Shown one piece after another: positions 9,824 to 21,570 of a stretch of DNA of 64,000 bases. Origin of the DNA: Podarcis tiliguerta (taxonomy: Eukaryota); the NCBI GenBank assembly GCA_965153285.1, contig OZ229114.1; one strand, written 5' to 3'. The notes beneath the pieces were generated by a model. The model worked only from the letters and a program-made list of their open reading frames with translations. It did not search any database and was not told where the DNA came from. Each line of letters starts with the position of its first letter. Position 1 is the stretch's first letter. Both the position numbers and the translations under genes were made by a program.

Positions 9824-12800
9824 CTTCCACCTTCTCCCCATCCCTACTCTAGACTGGAAAGAAAGGAGCAAGTACTGTACAGCAAAAGGAGGCTTAGCTA
9901 AAAAACAACAACCAAACAATGCATACTGTATGGTTCTGCTAATCCACATGTGCAGAAAGCACATGTTGCCTTGGGCCACTCGTCAGCAACCTGTTCTCCA
10001 GATGTTTCAGACGGTGATTTCCCAAGGCAGTACCATTGCTGAGGCCAATGGGAAATGCAGTCCTAAACATCTGAAAATCACCAAGTTAGCAAAGGCTGTT
10101 CTAAGTCGGTGGCTAGAAAACTTTTTCACATTTCATGTCGTCCCTTGCTATCTCAGGACATGCATTTGTATGTTCCCCTATTGTATGAACTTCTTCTACC
10201 CCCCTCCTTGATTTGCAGTCTTTGGCATTTTATATTTTCCCAAAACAATGAATTTATACAAATGCATCGTGCCAAAAAAAAGTAGGTCTCACTGCGGACC
10301 GAAAACTCTAGTAGAACTGGGAATGGCCTCAGCCTAACTTTCATGCCTTCAATCTAAACTGAGGGTGGAACTAAGGCGAACTTCTGTCTGTGGAAGGATT
10401 TTTCCTTGTGCAACAAGAGTGTTCTCCCACTAAATCTGTTTTAGGGGTTCCCCCAATCCTTGGGAGAAAATTTGGGGGGGTGCAGGGCATGCACGGGGGT
10501 GGGGGTGGGGAGTCCTGTTTGTGCAAGTGGAGACTGTTCTGCTTGTGAAATAATTTAGTTGAGCATTGCCCATGTGGTAGTAAAGCTTGTCTCTCTTTAA
10601 GGGGTTACAAGCTTTCAGTAAGAAATCCAAGAAGTAATCAGAAACAGCATGTGCCATATTCCAAGACACATTGTACTACCTCCTTTAACAACCAACAGTG
10701 GGTTGTACATTCCACCAGAAATGCTGGTCTAAATGTACGTAGAATGTTTATTGCCAAGGTTAGGAGTCTAGATAGGCTGTATGCTTTTAAAATTTGGTCT
10801 CTGTTATTGTAGTGATGTATTTTCCCAGGTGGAAAGAAGCCTCCCATGCACCCCAATCCTGTTTCTAATAAATTTCAATTTGGATTCCTACTGTGGGTAG
10901 ATAAGCATTATTTACACGCTTGGCTTCTGATCCAGTGGCAGCTCCTTGAAAGTGGCGCGTTGCTCTTGCTGCATTTGGGCTGCTGTCTGAGAACTTAATC
11001 ATAGTTCTGAGGTTGGACAAATTCCCTAGTTAATGAGAAGAGTTCTTTTCCTGGTGATGCATTTTTATTCAGTATTTTTAAAGATTGGTACAGAATTACT
11101 GTATGAGATCCAGCTGCCTTTTCAGTATGTGGGCTATAGGGAGTCTGCAGCATTTTTGTTGCTGGGAAAATGAAATCTCCTCCGAATTGCTAGCATATCA
11201 CTGGCTATACTTGCTATTAAGAACGATGTGGTTATGAGGTCACATCAGGCATATAGTGGCTATTTCCTACAGCATCATTGAGAAGAGCAGATAGTCCAAA
11301 TGTCATTTTGTAAACTGTAGGAGGCACTGTATGCCCACTATACTTGATCAGTTTCAAAGCCCTATTAAAGCTAATAAAAGCCAGCTTCTTATTGGCAGCT
11401 GTACCCTCCCTAAACAACACTTATTTAGTACTGCCCTTTACCACCAAAATGCTATAACCCTTCCAACACCATTCTATTTAGTATCCATTTCAGTTTTGAG
11501 TCTTTTATAACCTCTCATATGGGTCTTCATTTCCTACCTTAAAAACAAACTGGTGTGGCGGTTCCCAATTCATCAGTGCTATCCTTTAATTCCAATACCA
11601 AGGGGCAAGGTATTATGCTATTACTGCTGGATCGAGATAAACCAGCACAGATGTTCAGCAGGATATTTTTAACCATCTGGGAAAAAGACTACATTGCAAC
11701 AGAACTGACTTCCTGAAATGTTTTACAACCCTCTCAGAAAATGTGGTAGGTGAATTCTGAAGTGTAAGAAAAGCCTAGCTGGACAAATTTTTTAAATAAA
11801 AAATAAATGAGAGAGAGAGAGATGAGGGTACACTACTGTGTAGCAGCCATACAGCTTGAGGGCTGACATTTGTGTACTGATTTGTAAGTGTGCAAATTCC
11901 TGCTAAGTGTTGTGTAGGGAGAAGAGGTGCCCAGGAATCACAATCAAGACTTAAGATGGTTAGAAAGATATGCTACAGCAGGTGGGGAACATCTGGCCTG
12001 GAGAGCAAAAGATTCCCATACATATACTGCAGTCATGTAAAACATGAGGAACAAGTATGCCATAAGAAACGGGAAGCATTTATCACTGCAACATCACAGT
12101 CTGCAAAGTATCCCTAACTGTGCTCACTAGCATGGCAAAGCAGAGAACATATGAAAACTCACAAGGAGGTATAGTTAACCTTAGTGGGAAGTAATTCTAT
12201 ATTATTATGTGCAGGATGGGAAATATCTACCATACCGATTCTCTGTGGCATTTCCAACGTGCAAAAACAGTGGCACTTCCAATTGCCAAGCTCTACAAGA
12301 TTTCAAATGAAAATGAAAACGAAAGTCTGTTTGAGTGGTACTAGATAATCCAGGAATCATGCTGTAAAGCCACAGGATCAGAAGTGGGAAATGATTAGCA
12401 ATCTGGAGTGAAGTATCTACCCCCACTTTTCCTCCCTTGATCTTGCTGTAGTAATAAGCCGCTTGAATTAAATGCCACAACCCACCCATACCCAAAGTAC
12501 ATGTGGTACTACAGTTCTCCGTGTGAGTGAAAGTGCTCTTCTAGCATTTTCTATAATTATCGGATGATCCAGTTGTCTTTTTATATCATTTCAGTGCAAT
12601 CAGACTTTCCATTACTTTTGTAAGGTATAAGCCAGGGCTGAAATATTGGAAAATTAAAGTGGTGGAAGAACTTCTGTGGAGAAACGGCTCCGTGAGAAAT
12701 AAGGGTCACAAAATCTAGTGCTGCCTTGTTGGACTGGAAGTTGCTCCTCCTGTGCCCATTGACTGGAAGTGATCCAAGAGTGGTATTCAACTGAACTTTA

Positions 12801-15800
12801 CTCAGAAATTGATGAACATGACTATGTCAGGCCCAGTAATTTCAATGGGCCTACTCAGCTTTGTTGAATACTGCCCTGCCCATTTTGTGACTCTCTTAAA
12901 ATGAGCTGGTAGCTGCCGCTGCCAGGTACAGTATCAGACGGTCAGGAAAGTGAAGTCTGTCATTGGATCTTTACAAATACAAAGAGTGTGTAGAGAGGAG
13001 ACCAAATAACTATGAGGTCTTCTAATAGGTAACTCCTGCAAACACTGCTGTTAAATATAATCTTGGGATTCTATTGCACCGGATTGGCTAGTGCTCTTTC
13101 AGCAGTGGAATACCATCACTCCAATCCATTGTATTCTGGTTTCCATCAAAGGAACAGATACAAAGCCAGGACATCCTTTAGGAAAAGGCACCCCTGGAAG
13201 CATAATAATCAGTATTACATGCTGCTGCTTATAAAATCAAGAAAAAATCCAGACCAAGGAGGCTGCTTGTTCTTTATGTATAAAGAAACATCACACGCTA
13301 CTCCCCTCTTGTTATAAAATGAAATCCTATTTCAAGCTGGTTTGCAACCATTTACCTATTGCTTCTCCCTTCCCTCCTGCACTTGTGTAGCTCTTGTCAA
13401 ATCTCTTTACATCTCCCCCCTCCACTTGAAGGGACACTTTTAACCTCTCCTTTGTTGGAGGCAACTGTGAGGGAATCTAAAAGGTAGACTATGACCCCCA
13501 TAACTGCTTTCACAGAAGAAGCTGGGCAGCTGCCAGCACAGCTCTTGTGCTATGAATAAGCAGACAAAAGGTGCATTGATTGCTAGCAGAACAGCTTGCC
13601 CGCTGCAGCTTTCCTTCCCAGCAATGGTTTGCTTTTTAGTGGAGGGACTTTTTCTGGGTCAGGCTGCAATTTATCTGCTGGGATTGTTCCCCATTAACAA
13701 GTGAGGCCAAGCCTGAATCAACAGAAAAGGCACACACAGCTGGGTGCCCAACAATACATATGCCAGGTACTTCACAGCCACAGATGAGTCCTCTTCAAGG
13801 TTGTTTACCTTTTAATACTGCATACAGCACACAGGATTCAAAAACAAGAATCTCATTAAAAACAGAATAAACTTGCCAAGATTAGCATAAAAAAATTCTC
13901 TGCCAAGTTACTCAGGATGGGCAGGGCAAACACACCATCCAAGGACCATTAAGCGGGCAGTTTCTCTTAATCCTCTGCCTAAGAGGCCCCACTGGGCCAT
14001 CAAAGGGAAGCTTGTGAATCCCAGCACTGTCAAAACCTTTAAAAAATTTTTTTTTAGCTTTTGCAGAGAGGAGGATGTTTGCGCAGCACTTGGAAAAAGA
14101 AAGCCCACTCCTCTTTACAAGAACCGACACATTCCTCTTAAGTTTTCAGGTATGAAGGACAAGATGATTTACTCTCATCTTATCCTTATATATATATATA
14201 TATTTTAATGGCTCCAGGCTGAGGAAGCATATTATGGGTTTCCTGAGAGCCTGAAGAAAACTTGTAAACAGTATTGCAGATGTTGATTAACTACGATTGG
14301 AACAAGTCCTCCATTTGTGCTGGTTTTGGAAGGCAACTCCCAATAACATAATTATACCTCTGCATGCCAAGTATTGACAAACTGGTCACTGGTCAGTATT
14401 GGTATGGCTTTCCTCATTCTCTGACAGAAGGGGGCAAGATCCAAAGCTGTCCTTGTGTTCTGCTACTTATCCATTTCCCCAGCCCAGGAAAGGCTAATCT
14501 GCAGCACCAAAAAGACCTATTTGCTCTGCACAGGAAAAATCCAGATTGCTGCAGCATCAGGCTTGGGCTGAGGCAGAATACATGTGATCTGCTTGGAATT
14601 CAGGCAGCTCAGTCTCAGGGCAGGGTCCTGTCTTACAAAGGGTCATAAGCCTACAGAAAATTACCCACCCAATTCAACAGGCGTAAATAATCCAGACAAC
14701 TCTGTGAGTAATAAAGCCTTCCACACCCCATTTTTGGCTGGCAAACCCATCCATTGAGTTTGAAAACTGAACTGCATGGTGACTTGCTGCTTACTCTCAA
14801 TAAGCCAGCTCTCTCTTTTGTACCATATTGGGGAACCTTTGCATTTTAAAAAAAGCAATTTCAGCAATTTCATAAGGTTTAAAATGTTTTCTCCCACCTG
14901 CAAAAAGAAAAACCCACTCCTGTCTGGAAATGTTAAAATTTACTTTTCCTGCCCCATCTATGTAAGGCGGCTTCAGTGATGAAAGTCTCATTAGGTGAGA
15001 ATATTCCTCATCCCCAATGGCAGTTATTCTTAGGCAGAATGAAGGAAATGCAAGACACCAACAAGCATTACTGTCTTGCTCCAAGTCCCCATCATTCTTC
15101 CTCTATAATAGAGATACATTTGATTTAAGCCTACAGCCAGCATGGGGTCCCAAACACGAGGCAAGGGCTACACTACTCTGCAAGTGTACAGGACATGCCC
15201 TACTCCAGGGAACTGCAGAGCTCCTTCTATTGACAACCTCCACTTTTCTTTTTTTATAAAAAGCAAAAGATAAAACCACTCTAGGGGACAAAGGTGTGCG
15301 CAGTGGGGCTTCCCCAGTTGCAGGTAAATAATGCATGTTTAAACACATCAGAGGAGTGAGCTGTGGGTTATCAGCCAGAGAAGCAGACAGAGGACATGCT
15401 TTCCGTCAGGGACTTTCCAAAACGCTGGTCTCAGGGGGAAGTAATACTGGTCAGTGAAACTTGGCAACATACAGGATGGCATATTGCCAGGAGCAATCCC
15501 TGCACTTTAAAAGGTAGCTACTAAAGCATATTGATGGAAGTTCAAGATGCGCATCCTTAAGGTAGTCAAAGCAAGGCAATTCCCCAGTGACACTAAGCTC
15601 GCATGCAAATACGTCAGATGCATGTAGACTAGCATTTTACCAAAACGTAGAGGAAGTTTAACAAAACCCAAGCCCACCAGCATCATTCACAAATGGAAGG
15701 GAACACACCAGCAGCAGTTCTTCAGCTCATCTCAACTGTGTGAGCAATAGTGTAGCTCCTATGTGACTTTATCTGCTCTTGTTTAAGGCACCAGAAACAC

Positions 15801-15997
15801 CCAACCCTTGCTACAAGAACTGCACTCTTCCAAAAAACCCATTGGCAATGCAATAAACTTTGGGATTTACCTCCCACTCTGGCAGAGGCAGCTGGCTGAT
15901 TCAGGGCCTAAGTGGATACACAGGTTGAAGGCTCCTGACCCCTACCAGGCCCAATTACTGTGGATGCCCTTTTGCCTGTCGTCCCCACCTCTAAGCT

Positions 15998-18445
15998 TCA
16001 TACCACCTCACGCAATGAGTGGTGTGTGTGATTCTGAAAGGGGGTTAACTCCTCCTGGGCAGCTGCCTTTGGGGTATCTTTCTTTTGCCTGGGTGGGGTT
16101 GGTGGTGGGAAAGTTGGACTCTGTAAGACAGCATAGATTTCATCCTGGCCAGGTGGGCCCTGGGTTAGTCTGTGCAACAGGGGCTTCAGCAGGCCAACAG
16201 TCAGCTGGGATGACCCACCTGGGAGAAAGGGAGGAGGATCAAGTTCTGTTGGGGGTAAGTATTGCTGAAGAACGCTCAGGATGTCAGAAGCGCTCAGATT
16301 TGTAGGGCAGAGTTCCCACAGCTTGTCCAAGTAAGGGTCCAGGTCCCTATGCTGGGAGCACTCTCTCAAAAGGATGGTGAAGATCTCTTTGTTCAGCAAA
16401 GGGCTTAGCACGGAGAACTTTTCTGCAGCCTCCATCACACGCTGCCATCTCCCATGCTGGATAAGGAGGTCCATGGCCTGCAGGATGGCTTTGGGCCGCT
16501 GGCTGCATAGCAGGAGCTCAATCTCCATTTCCCCATCTGCCAGAGAGCCTCTGCTCCTCCTTGGCAGCACAGCCAGTGCCCTTTTGTAGAGGGGAACAGC
16601 ACCCTCGGGGCCCTCCTTGTTGCCGTAAGTCCAAGAGGCACCCATGTACTCTTGGGATAGCCCCACAAACTGAGGCAGCCACTTGGGCTTGAACTGGTGC
16701 AGCGAGAGACAGACGAGTTCAAAAAGTGGAACCATCCCATTTAGAGGCCCCTCCTCTTGCTTGCTGAGGCCGGGCACTGATCCCCCCAGGATTTTCTTCC
16801 ACACATCTGGAGTAGCTCTGGCAACCAGTACTCCATCCCCGTTTTGTTGCAGCTGCAGGTGGTTTTGGATGGCCTTCCAAGAGGCCCCAGGGAAGGAACT
16901 GAAGATGGCATTCAGGTAGGCCAGGTTCTCCTTGTTTAAGTCCAAGTGGAGAAGACGACCGAGCTCCTGCTCCACGAGCGCCTCACCATAGCTCTCCACC
17001 TCACTTTCCGAGGCCCCGACCACACACAGCTTAAGGAATTCCAGCTTTTGGTAGCTCTGCAGTTCCAGCTGCATTGTGCCCAGCAGTTTGGCGTAAGGCT
17101 CTGGGAGGGCCCTGGGACGTTTATCCTTGGAAGCAAGGCTATAGCACAGGATGGAGGAGAGTGCAATGGGAGCCTGGAACATGTCTCCCTTTTTCAGTTT
17201 CTCTACGGTGAGCTGAGAGCTGCTGAGGCTCCGCCGCTGATAGTATTTGCAGGCCTCTTCAAAAACCATCTCCACCAGGGTGGGCTCTTCCCTGTCGGTA
17301 CCAGAGAAGTCAAGGCTGTAGATGCCATTTGGACCCAGGAGCTGCACTTCCTCCTCCTCAGCATGGAAGTCCAGAAAAAGCACTTCCTCCGTGCTCAGGA
17401 CTTTCTTTTCTATCAACTGCCTGCTGCCCAAGTCCACAAGATAAAGAGCCCCTCCAAAGAAGCAGGCAAGGGTGTCCCCAAAAACCTTCAGCTGGACCTG
17501 CTCCCCTGGGGCCAAGGCACTTGCCCCAAAGTCAAAGATGGGTCTCCACACTCCGTCGGGCTGTACCAGCTCCACAGCTCCTGCCGTGCTAACCAGGAGG
17601 AGCCCCCTGCGACCAGAGAGCACACAGCTATGGATATCCAAAGGGTCCATGTTTGCCAAGAGTCCCACACAGCCCAAGAGCAGCTTCTTGAAGTCCACTT
17701 CACTGCCTGGAAGCAAAGCCTTAGTACAAATGCAACCTTTGGATGGAGCAGCAATGATGATGTCAGCATTTTCGGGACGCCAGATGAGGACAAACTTGGC
17801 TACTCCCTGGAAGGTGGCTGGAGTGGGCAGCAGGAAAACACCAGAGGGTGAGGCAAGCACTCGGTACACAGGGCTGTTGTGCAAGACAATCCTTAAGGGG
17901 CTCAGCTGGGCTCCCTGCTCCCCGATCTGAAGGCGTCTAGTGCAGATGCAGTACCTGAAGGCTCTCCTCTCGGGCGTCAGCTGGGCGTCCAAGGGGGGCC
18001 TCTCCTCACACCACACCAGCTGGGCCCCCCAGCTGCAGATGGAGACAACCCGGGCACGAGCTCCATGGCACAGCTCCAGGCTCTGCAGCAAGTGCCACCC
18101 CACTGCGGGCACAAATCGCCAGAGTTCAGTCTTGCCGTGCTCCCAGATGATCGTCAGCACCCAAGAGACAGCTGTCGCGGGGCTTTCCAGGAAAAGCAGC
18201 CCCACCACGGGCGGCTGAGGAGGCTGCCAACTCCTCTCCAGGTCAGCCCCGTCGGCGCCCAGGCGCTGGAAGGCCACAACCCGAGCCTGCGAGGCCGGCT
18301 GGTTCCACAACAGAAGCAGATGCTGCCTGTCCGGGCTGGCTAAGAGGCGGCTGGGAGCCTCGCCCGGGCGGCCCTGCTCCAGCAGCTCTCGCAGGCAGCG
18401 GCCGCGGACGAAGTCGCTCCAGTCCGAGACCTGCCGCAGCTTCAT
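15998..18445 (-). CDS. HPS6: HPS6, BLOC-2 complex subunit (intronless CDS, 815 aa from ATG at 18445)
   Basis: Uninterrupted ORF; N-terminus MKLRQVSDWSDF resembles HPS6; motifs LVWCEER and VFEEACKYYQRRSL; single-exon CDS and head-to-head position with ARMH3 as in human 10q24. The ORF-track start at 18646 is a GTG. Confidence 0.95.
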   Translation of the reverse strand: MKLRQVSDWSDFVRGRCLRELLEQGRPGEAPSRLLASPDRQHLLLLWNQPASQARVVAFQRLGADGADLERSWQPPQPPVVGLLFLESPATAVSWVLTIIWEHGKTELWRFVPAVGWHLLQSLELCHGARARVVSICSWGAQLVWCEERPPLDAQLTPERRAFRYCICTRRLQIGEQGAQLSPLRIVLHNSPVYRVLASPSGVFLLPTPATFQGVAKFVLIWRPENADIIIAAPSKGCICTKALLPGSEVDFKKLLLGCVGLLANMDPLDIHSCVLSGRRGLLLVSTAGAVELVQPDGVWRPIFDFGASALAPGEQVQLKVFGDTLACFFGGALYLVDLGSRQLIEKKVLSTEEVLFLDFHAEEEEVQLLGPNGIYSLDFSGTDREEPTLVEMVFEEACKYYQRRSLSSSQLTVEKLKKGDMFQAPIALSSILCYSLASKDKRPRALPEPYAKLLGTMQLELQSYQKLEFLKLCVVGASESEVESYGEALVEQELGRLLHLDLNKENLAYLNAIFSSFPGASWKAIQNHLQLQQNGDGVLVARATPDVWKKILGGSVPGLSKQEEGPLNGMVPLFELVCLSLHQFKPKWLPQFVGLSQEYMGASWTYGNKEGPEGAVPLYKRALAVLPRRSRGSLADGEMEIELLLCSQRPKAILQAMDLLIQHGRWQRVMEAAEKFSVLSPLLNKEIFTILLRECSQHRDLDPYLDKLWELCPTNLSASDILSVLQQYLPPTELDPPPFLPGGSSQLTVGLLKPLLHRLTQGPPGQDEIYAVLQSPTFPPPTPPRQKKDTPKAAAQEELTPFQNHTHHSLREVV

Positions 18446-19220
18446 CTCGGGGCGTCCGCCGCGGCTGCCGACCACATGGGGAAGGAGCTCAGCGGGACGC
18501 GCCGCGGCGGGGCGAAGCTGGCGGCGCCTCACCAACGCGCCCTGCCTCTTCGAGCCGGGAGCCTGGCCTCGCCCGGTCTCCCCGCCGACTCTGGCGCCAC
18601 TATATCCCCCCTCGACGCCCTTCTTGCTCTCGCCGGGCACTTCCACGTCCTCGAGGAGGGCCCCGCTGCCTGCCTCTGAGTCCCCTTAACTCTAGTCCGC
18701 CAGCTCCTGCGCGCCCTGCTCCTCTGCTCCTCCGCAGCGGTCAGGTCCTGGCACTCCCGGGCTCCGTCCCTCGTCCTCCTCCCGCTGCCCCGCTTCTTCC
18801 CTTTTTGTCCCTTCCTCGCGCGCTCTCGGGAGTTGACAGCGGCTCTTCCTTAGGTGCCCCGGGTCCGCCCCGAGGAGGCCGAGTGCAGGCAGGTCGACCC
18901 GGGCGTTTCTCGAGCGAAGCTCTGGGCGCGCGGGCAGCGAGAACCTCGGCGCCTCTCCCAGTCCAGGTCCGAAAGCAACAGCGCCCCGCACAATTACTGC
19001 AATCACGAGGCCTCTCGTTTCCGGGCGCAGTCGCTTCCGCGGCCGGGCCTCGGCGGCAGAGCCCGAGCTGCCTCCGGCTCTCTTACTTCCGTCCCTGCCC
19101 GATGAGGTTAAAAATCTAACCGCCCCGAATGAGCTGCGGCTCCGGAGTGCAGAAGCAGGCAAAGGAGAGCAGGAGCCCTGCCGGGCCTGCTTTACAGCTC
19201 CGCCCTACGTTAAAGAGACA
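18100..19220 (-). promoter_or_regulatory. CpG island covering the HPS6 5' end and promoter
   Basis: Sharp rise in GC and CpG density; ETS-like CTTCCG motifs near 19034 and 19086. Confidence 0.8.
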
Positions 19221-19925
19221 CGTCATTATCATCATTAGTTTTCACTTGTATAGCGCTTCATATTTCGACGGAATCTCTAAGCGGTTTAAGTTTTAGAGGC
19301 AGGTCGCAGAGTATTTACTACGAAGGGTGAGAGGACTCAGCAGACCTTTGGCCCCTCAAAATACCCGCTTTGCATTACCTGCAATGCATGTTTACTCCAG
19401 TGTAAGTCCCATGGTGCTCAGCGGCGTTTACTTCGTATAACACTGCAATTTACCGTGGAAGTAAATCACAAGCCAGTGGTTTTTAGCACTGTGTTAACAT
19501 AGGATTGTTGAAATCAGCGGAACGCTTCGTTGGGGTTTTCCGACAGGAGACCAATCATTGGCTTTATTGAACAGTGCAGTCATAGTCCCCCTGCTTGAGT
19601 GGGCCTCACAGGAAAGCGGCCTTAGGGTAAAGATGGCAGTCTAAACTTGTAGTAACATGGTGTGCAGTCCACAAACAATTACGTTCATGGCCTGAAGTAC
19701 ACCAAAAGCAGCTTCCTAGCCTCAAGAATAAGCCCTACTGAAATAAACTGAATTTTCTTCCAATAGGATCAGGCTGCTTTCTTAAACTCATTTATAAAAC
19801 CCCCACCAAAGTTTACTTCAAAAAGGGGTTCAGTCCTGTGCACCCTTTCTAGTACCACTGTGGAACTTATGTTTGAGTAGAGGTGCATAGGATTGGGGTG
19901 CATATCTGTCTTGCCTCAGAGAATA

Positions 19926-20151
19926 CAGTGGTACCTCGGGTTAAGTACTTAATTTGTTCTGAAGGTCCGTACTTAACCTGAAACTGTTCTTAATCTGAAG
20001 CACCACTTTGGTTAATGGGACCTCCTGCTGCCACCAGGCCGGCAGAGCACGATTTCTGTTCTCATCCTGAAGCAAAGTTCTTAACCTGAAGCACTTTTTC
20101 TGGGTTAGCAGAGTCTGTAACCTGAAGCGTATGTAACCCGAGGTACAACTG
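19926..20151 (-). mobile_element. Tigger/pogo-like MITE family A, complete copy
   Basis: TIRs CAGTGGTACCTCGGGTTA / TAACCCGAGGTACAACTG, TA duplication. Confidence 0.88.
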
Positions 20152-20204
20152 TATTATATTCCTGCAAACTTAGTTTTACCTTAGTTTTAGTGGGGAATAA
20201 GAAG

Positions 20205-20318
20205 GATTGGGCCCAGCTTGGTGGTTTGCCATAGGCATCAAGTTGGCCACTATGAAAACAGGATGCTGGACTAGATCAGCTATTGGCCTGATCCAGCAGG
20301 CTGTCCTTATGTTCTTAA
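20205..20318 (+). mobile_element. CR1-related 3'-end / SINE tail fragment (related pieces at ~24800-24925 + and ~53185-53310 -)
   Basis: GCTGGACTAGAT...GGCCTGATCCAGCAGG...CTTATGTTCTTA tail motif recurs. Confidence 0.5.
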
Positions 20319-21059
20319 GGATGGTGTGTCTGAACTATACAAATGTGTGTGCAGGCAGCAATGCTTCTCAGACGAGGTTTCTTGCTTTGCCAAGAGTGGG
20401 GCACATTTCCCGTCTTTGTATTTATTTCTTCTTCAGAAGCAAACAAGCAGAGGCAGGAAAAAGTCTGGAATGACAAACACGCCCAGACTATCTGCAGAGC
20501 AGGATGAACAGCCGTCTAGTTGCAAATTTCTGCAAATCTGCTGACTACAAGCGAGCGAACCAAACGTCAACAGTTTGTTCTTATCTAACAGTGAGTATGC
20601 GCAGCGGTACATGAAGAGCACACATGTACAGGACGACAAACCGGCTGATTGATTTGATCTGATTTAATTGCATGGATTAATTTGCAGCTAGGGTTTCTTC
20701 ACGTTTATGCTGTGTGAGTGTGTACCTACCTCGTGGTGGTAACTGCTTCTTTTACACAGGCTACTTCAAGGTCTTAGGAACGGGGATCAACTGATTAGGG
20801 ATCTTGGAGGCAGATTATGTGGATCCTTTCACAAGTACAGGAGTTTTACATAAGAAGGGCTTAAGATCCCCGTACGCAGGACACTGCAGCCCTGTAGTAC
20901 GATTCTTTGCACATGGACTCTGGAGTAAGCCGCAATATGTTTAACAGAGCTTCCCCCAGGTAAAAAAGCGCGTGGGATGTAAATACAGTGGATCGGGCTT
21001 TGAAAATTACATCTGCTTCCGTACTTTCTAATCCTGGGGTAAATTACAAAATAACTGGC

Positions 21060-21570
21060 TGCGGGAAGCCAGTTCTGCTCCATATATGCCCGTGTAAGGC
21101 CGGCTCGGCTATGCCGTTCGCTTTTCATCCGCACTCAACTCGCACTAGTACCCAGCAGAAGCCGTCCTCCGCAAGGTGGTTGGAGGTGGGACCGGGCAGA
21201 TAAAGGACGGCGCGCCTGCGTAGTAGGGAGGGGGCGGGGCGAAGTCTGACTCGGTGGCGCATGCGCGCCGAGAGGCGGTCGCCCCGCTCAGGTAACGGGG
21301 GGCTGTTTCGCTCCCTTCCTTTTAGGGTCCGGCCTCGGTTGCGCCCCACGCTCTGTAGTTAGGCTGCGCCCTTTGAGGATAGGGAGGGAGCGACCAGGTG
21401 TGTGAAGTTGGGGTGGCGGTGGGAGAGGACCTGGCGACATTGCCTGGGGTCGGGTGGCAAAACATGACGGAGGGAGGCGTGTTGGGGTGCAGGGGGGACT
21501 TTTGAGGAGGCTGCCTGTGGGGCGCACTTGGGGCGTGTTTAGGGAGAAGAGGGCCTGAGCGCACCTGTTT
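21060..21570 (+). promoter_or_regulatory. CpG-island promoter of ARMH3 with GC box (GGGGCGGGGC 21231-21240) and NRF1-type palindrome (GCGCATGCGC 21257-21266)
   Basis: CpG-rich block with consensus Sp1 and NRF1 motifs, followed by a donor CAG|GTAACG. Confidence 0.78.
21250..21291 (+). other. ARMH3: Putative non-coding first exon of ARMH3 (start approximate; donor GT at 21292)
   Basis: CAG|GTAACG inside the CpG island; the ATG exon has its own acceptor, so an upstream exon is required. Confidence 0.55.

Noticed and set aside
16946-17851. 301-aa plus-strand ORF and other ORFs overlapping HPS6
   Set aside because: Antisense shadow ORFs of a GC-rich coding sequence; no recognisable domain.
18692-19162. 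156-aa minus-strand ORF upstream of HPS6
   Set aside because: Lies in the CpG island, has a non-ATG start, and has the Arg/Gly/Ala-rich composition expected from GC-rich DNA.
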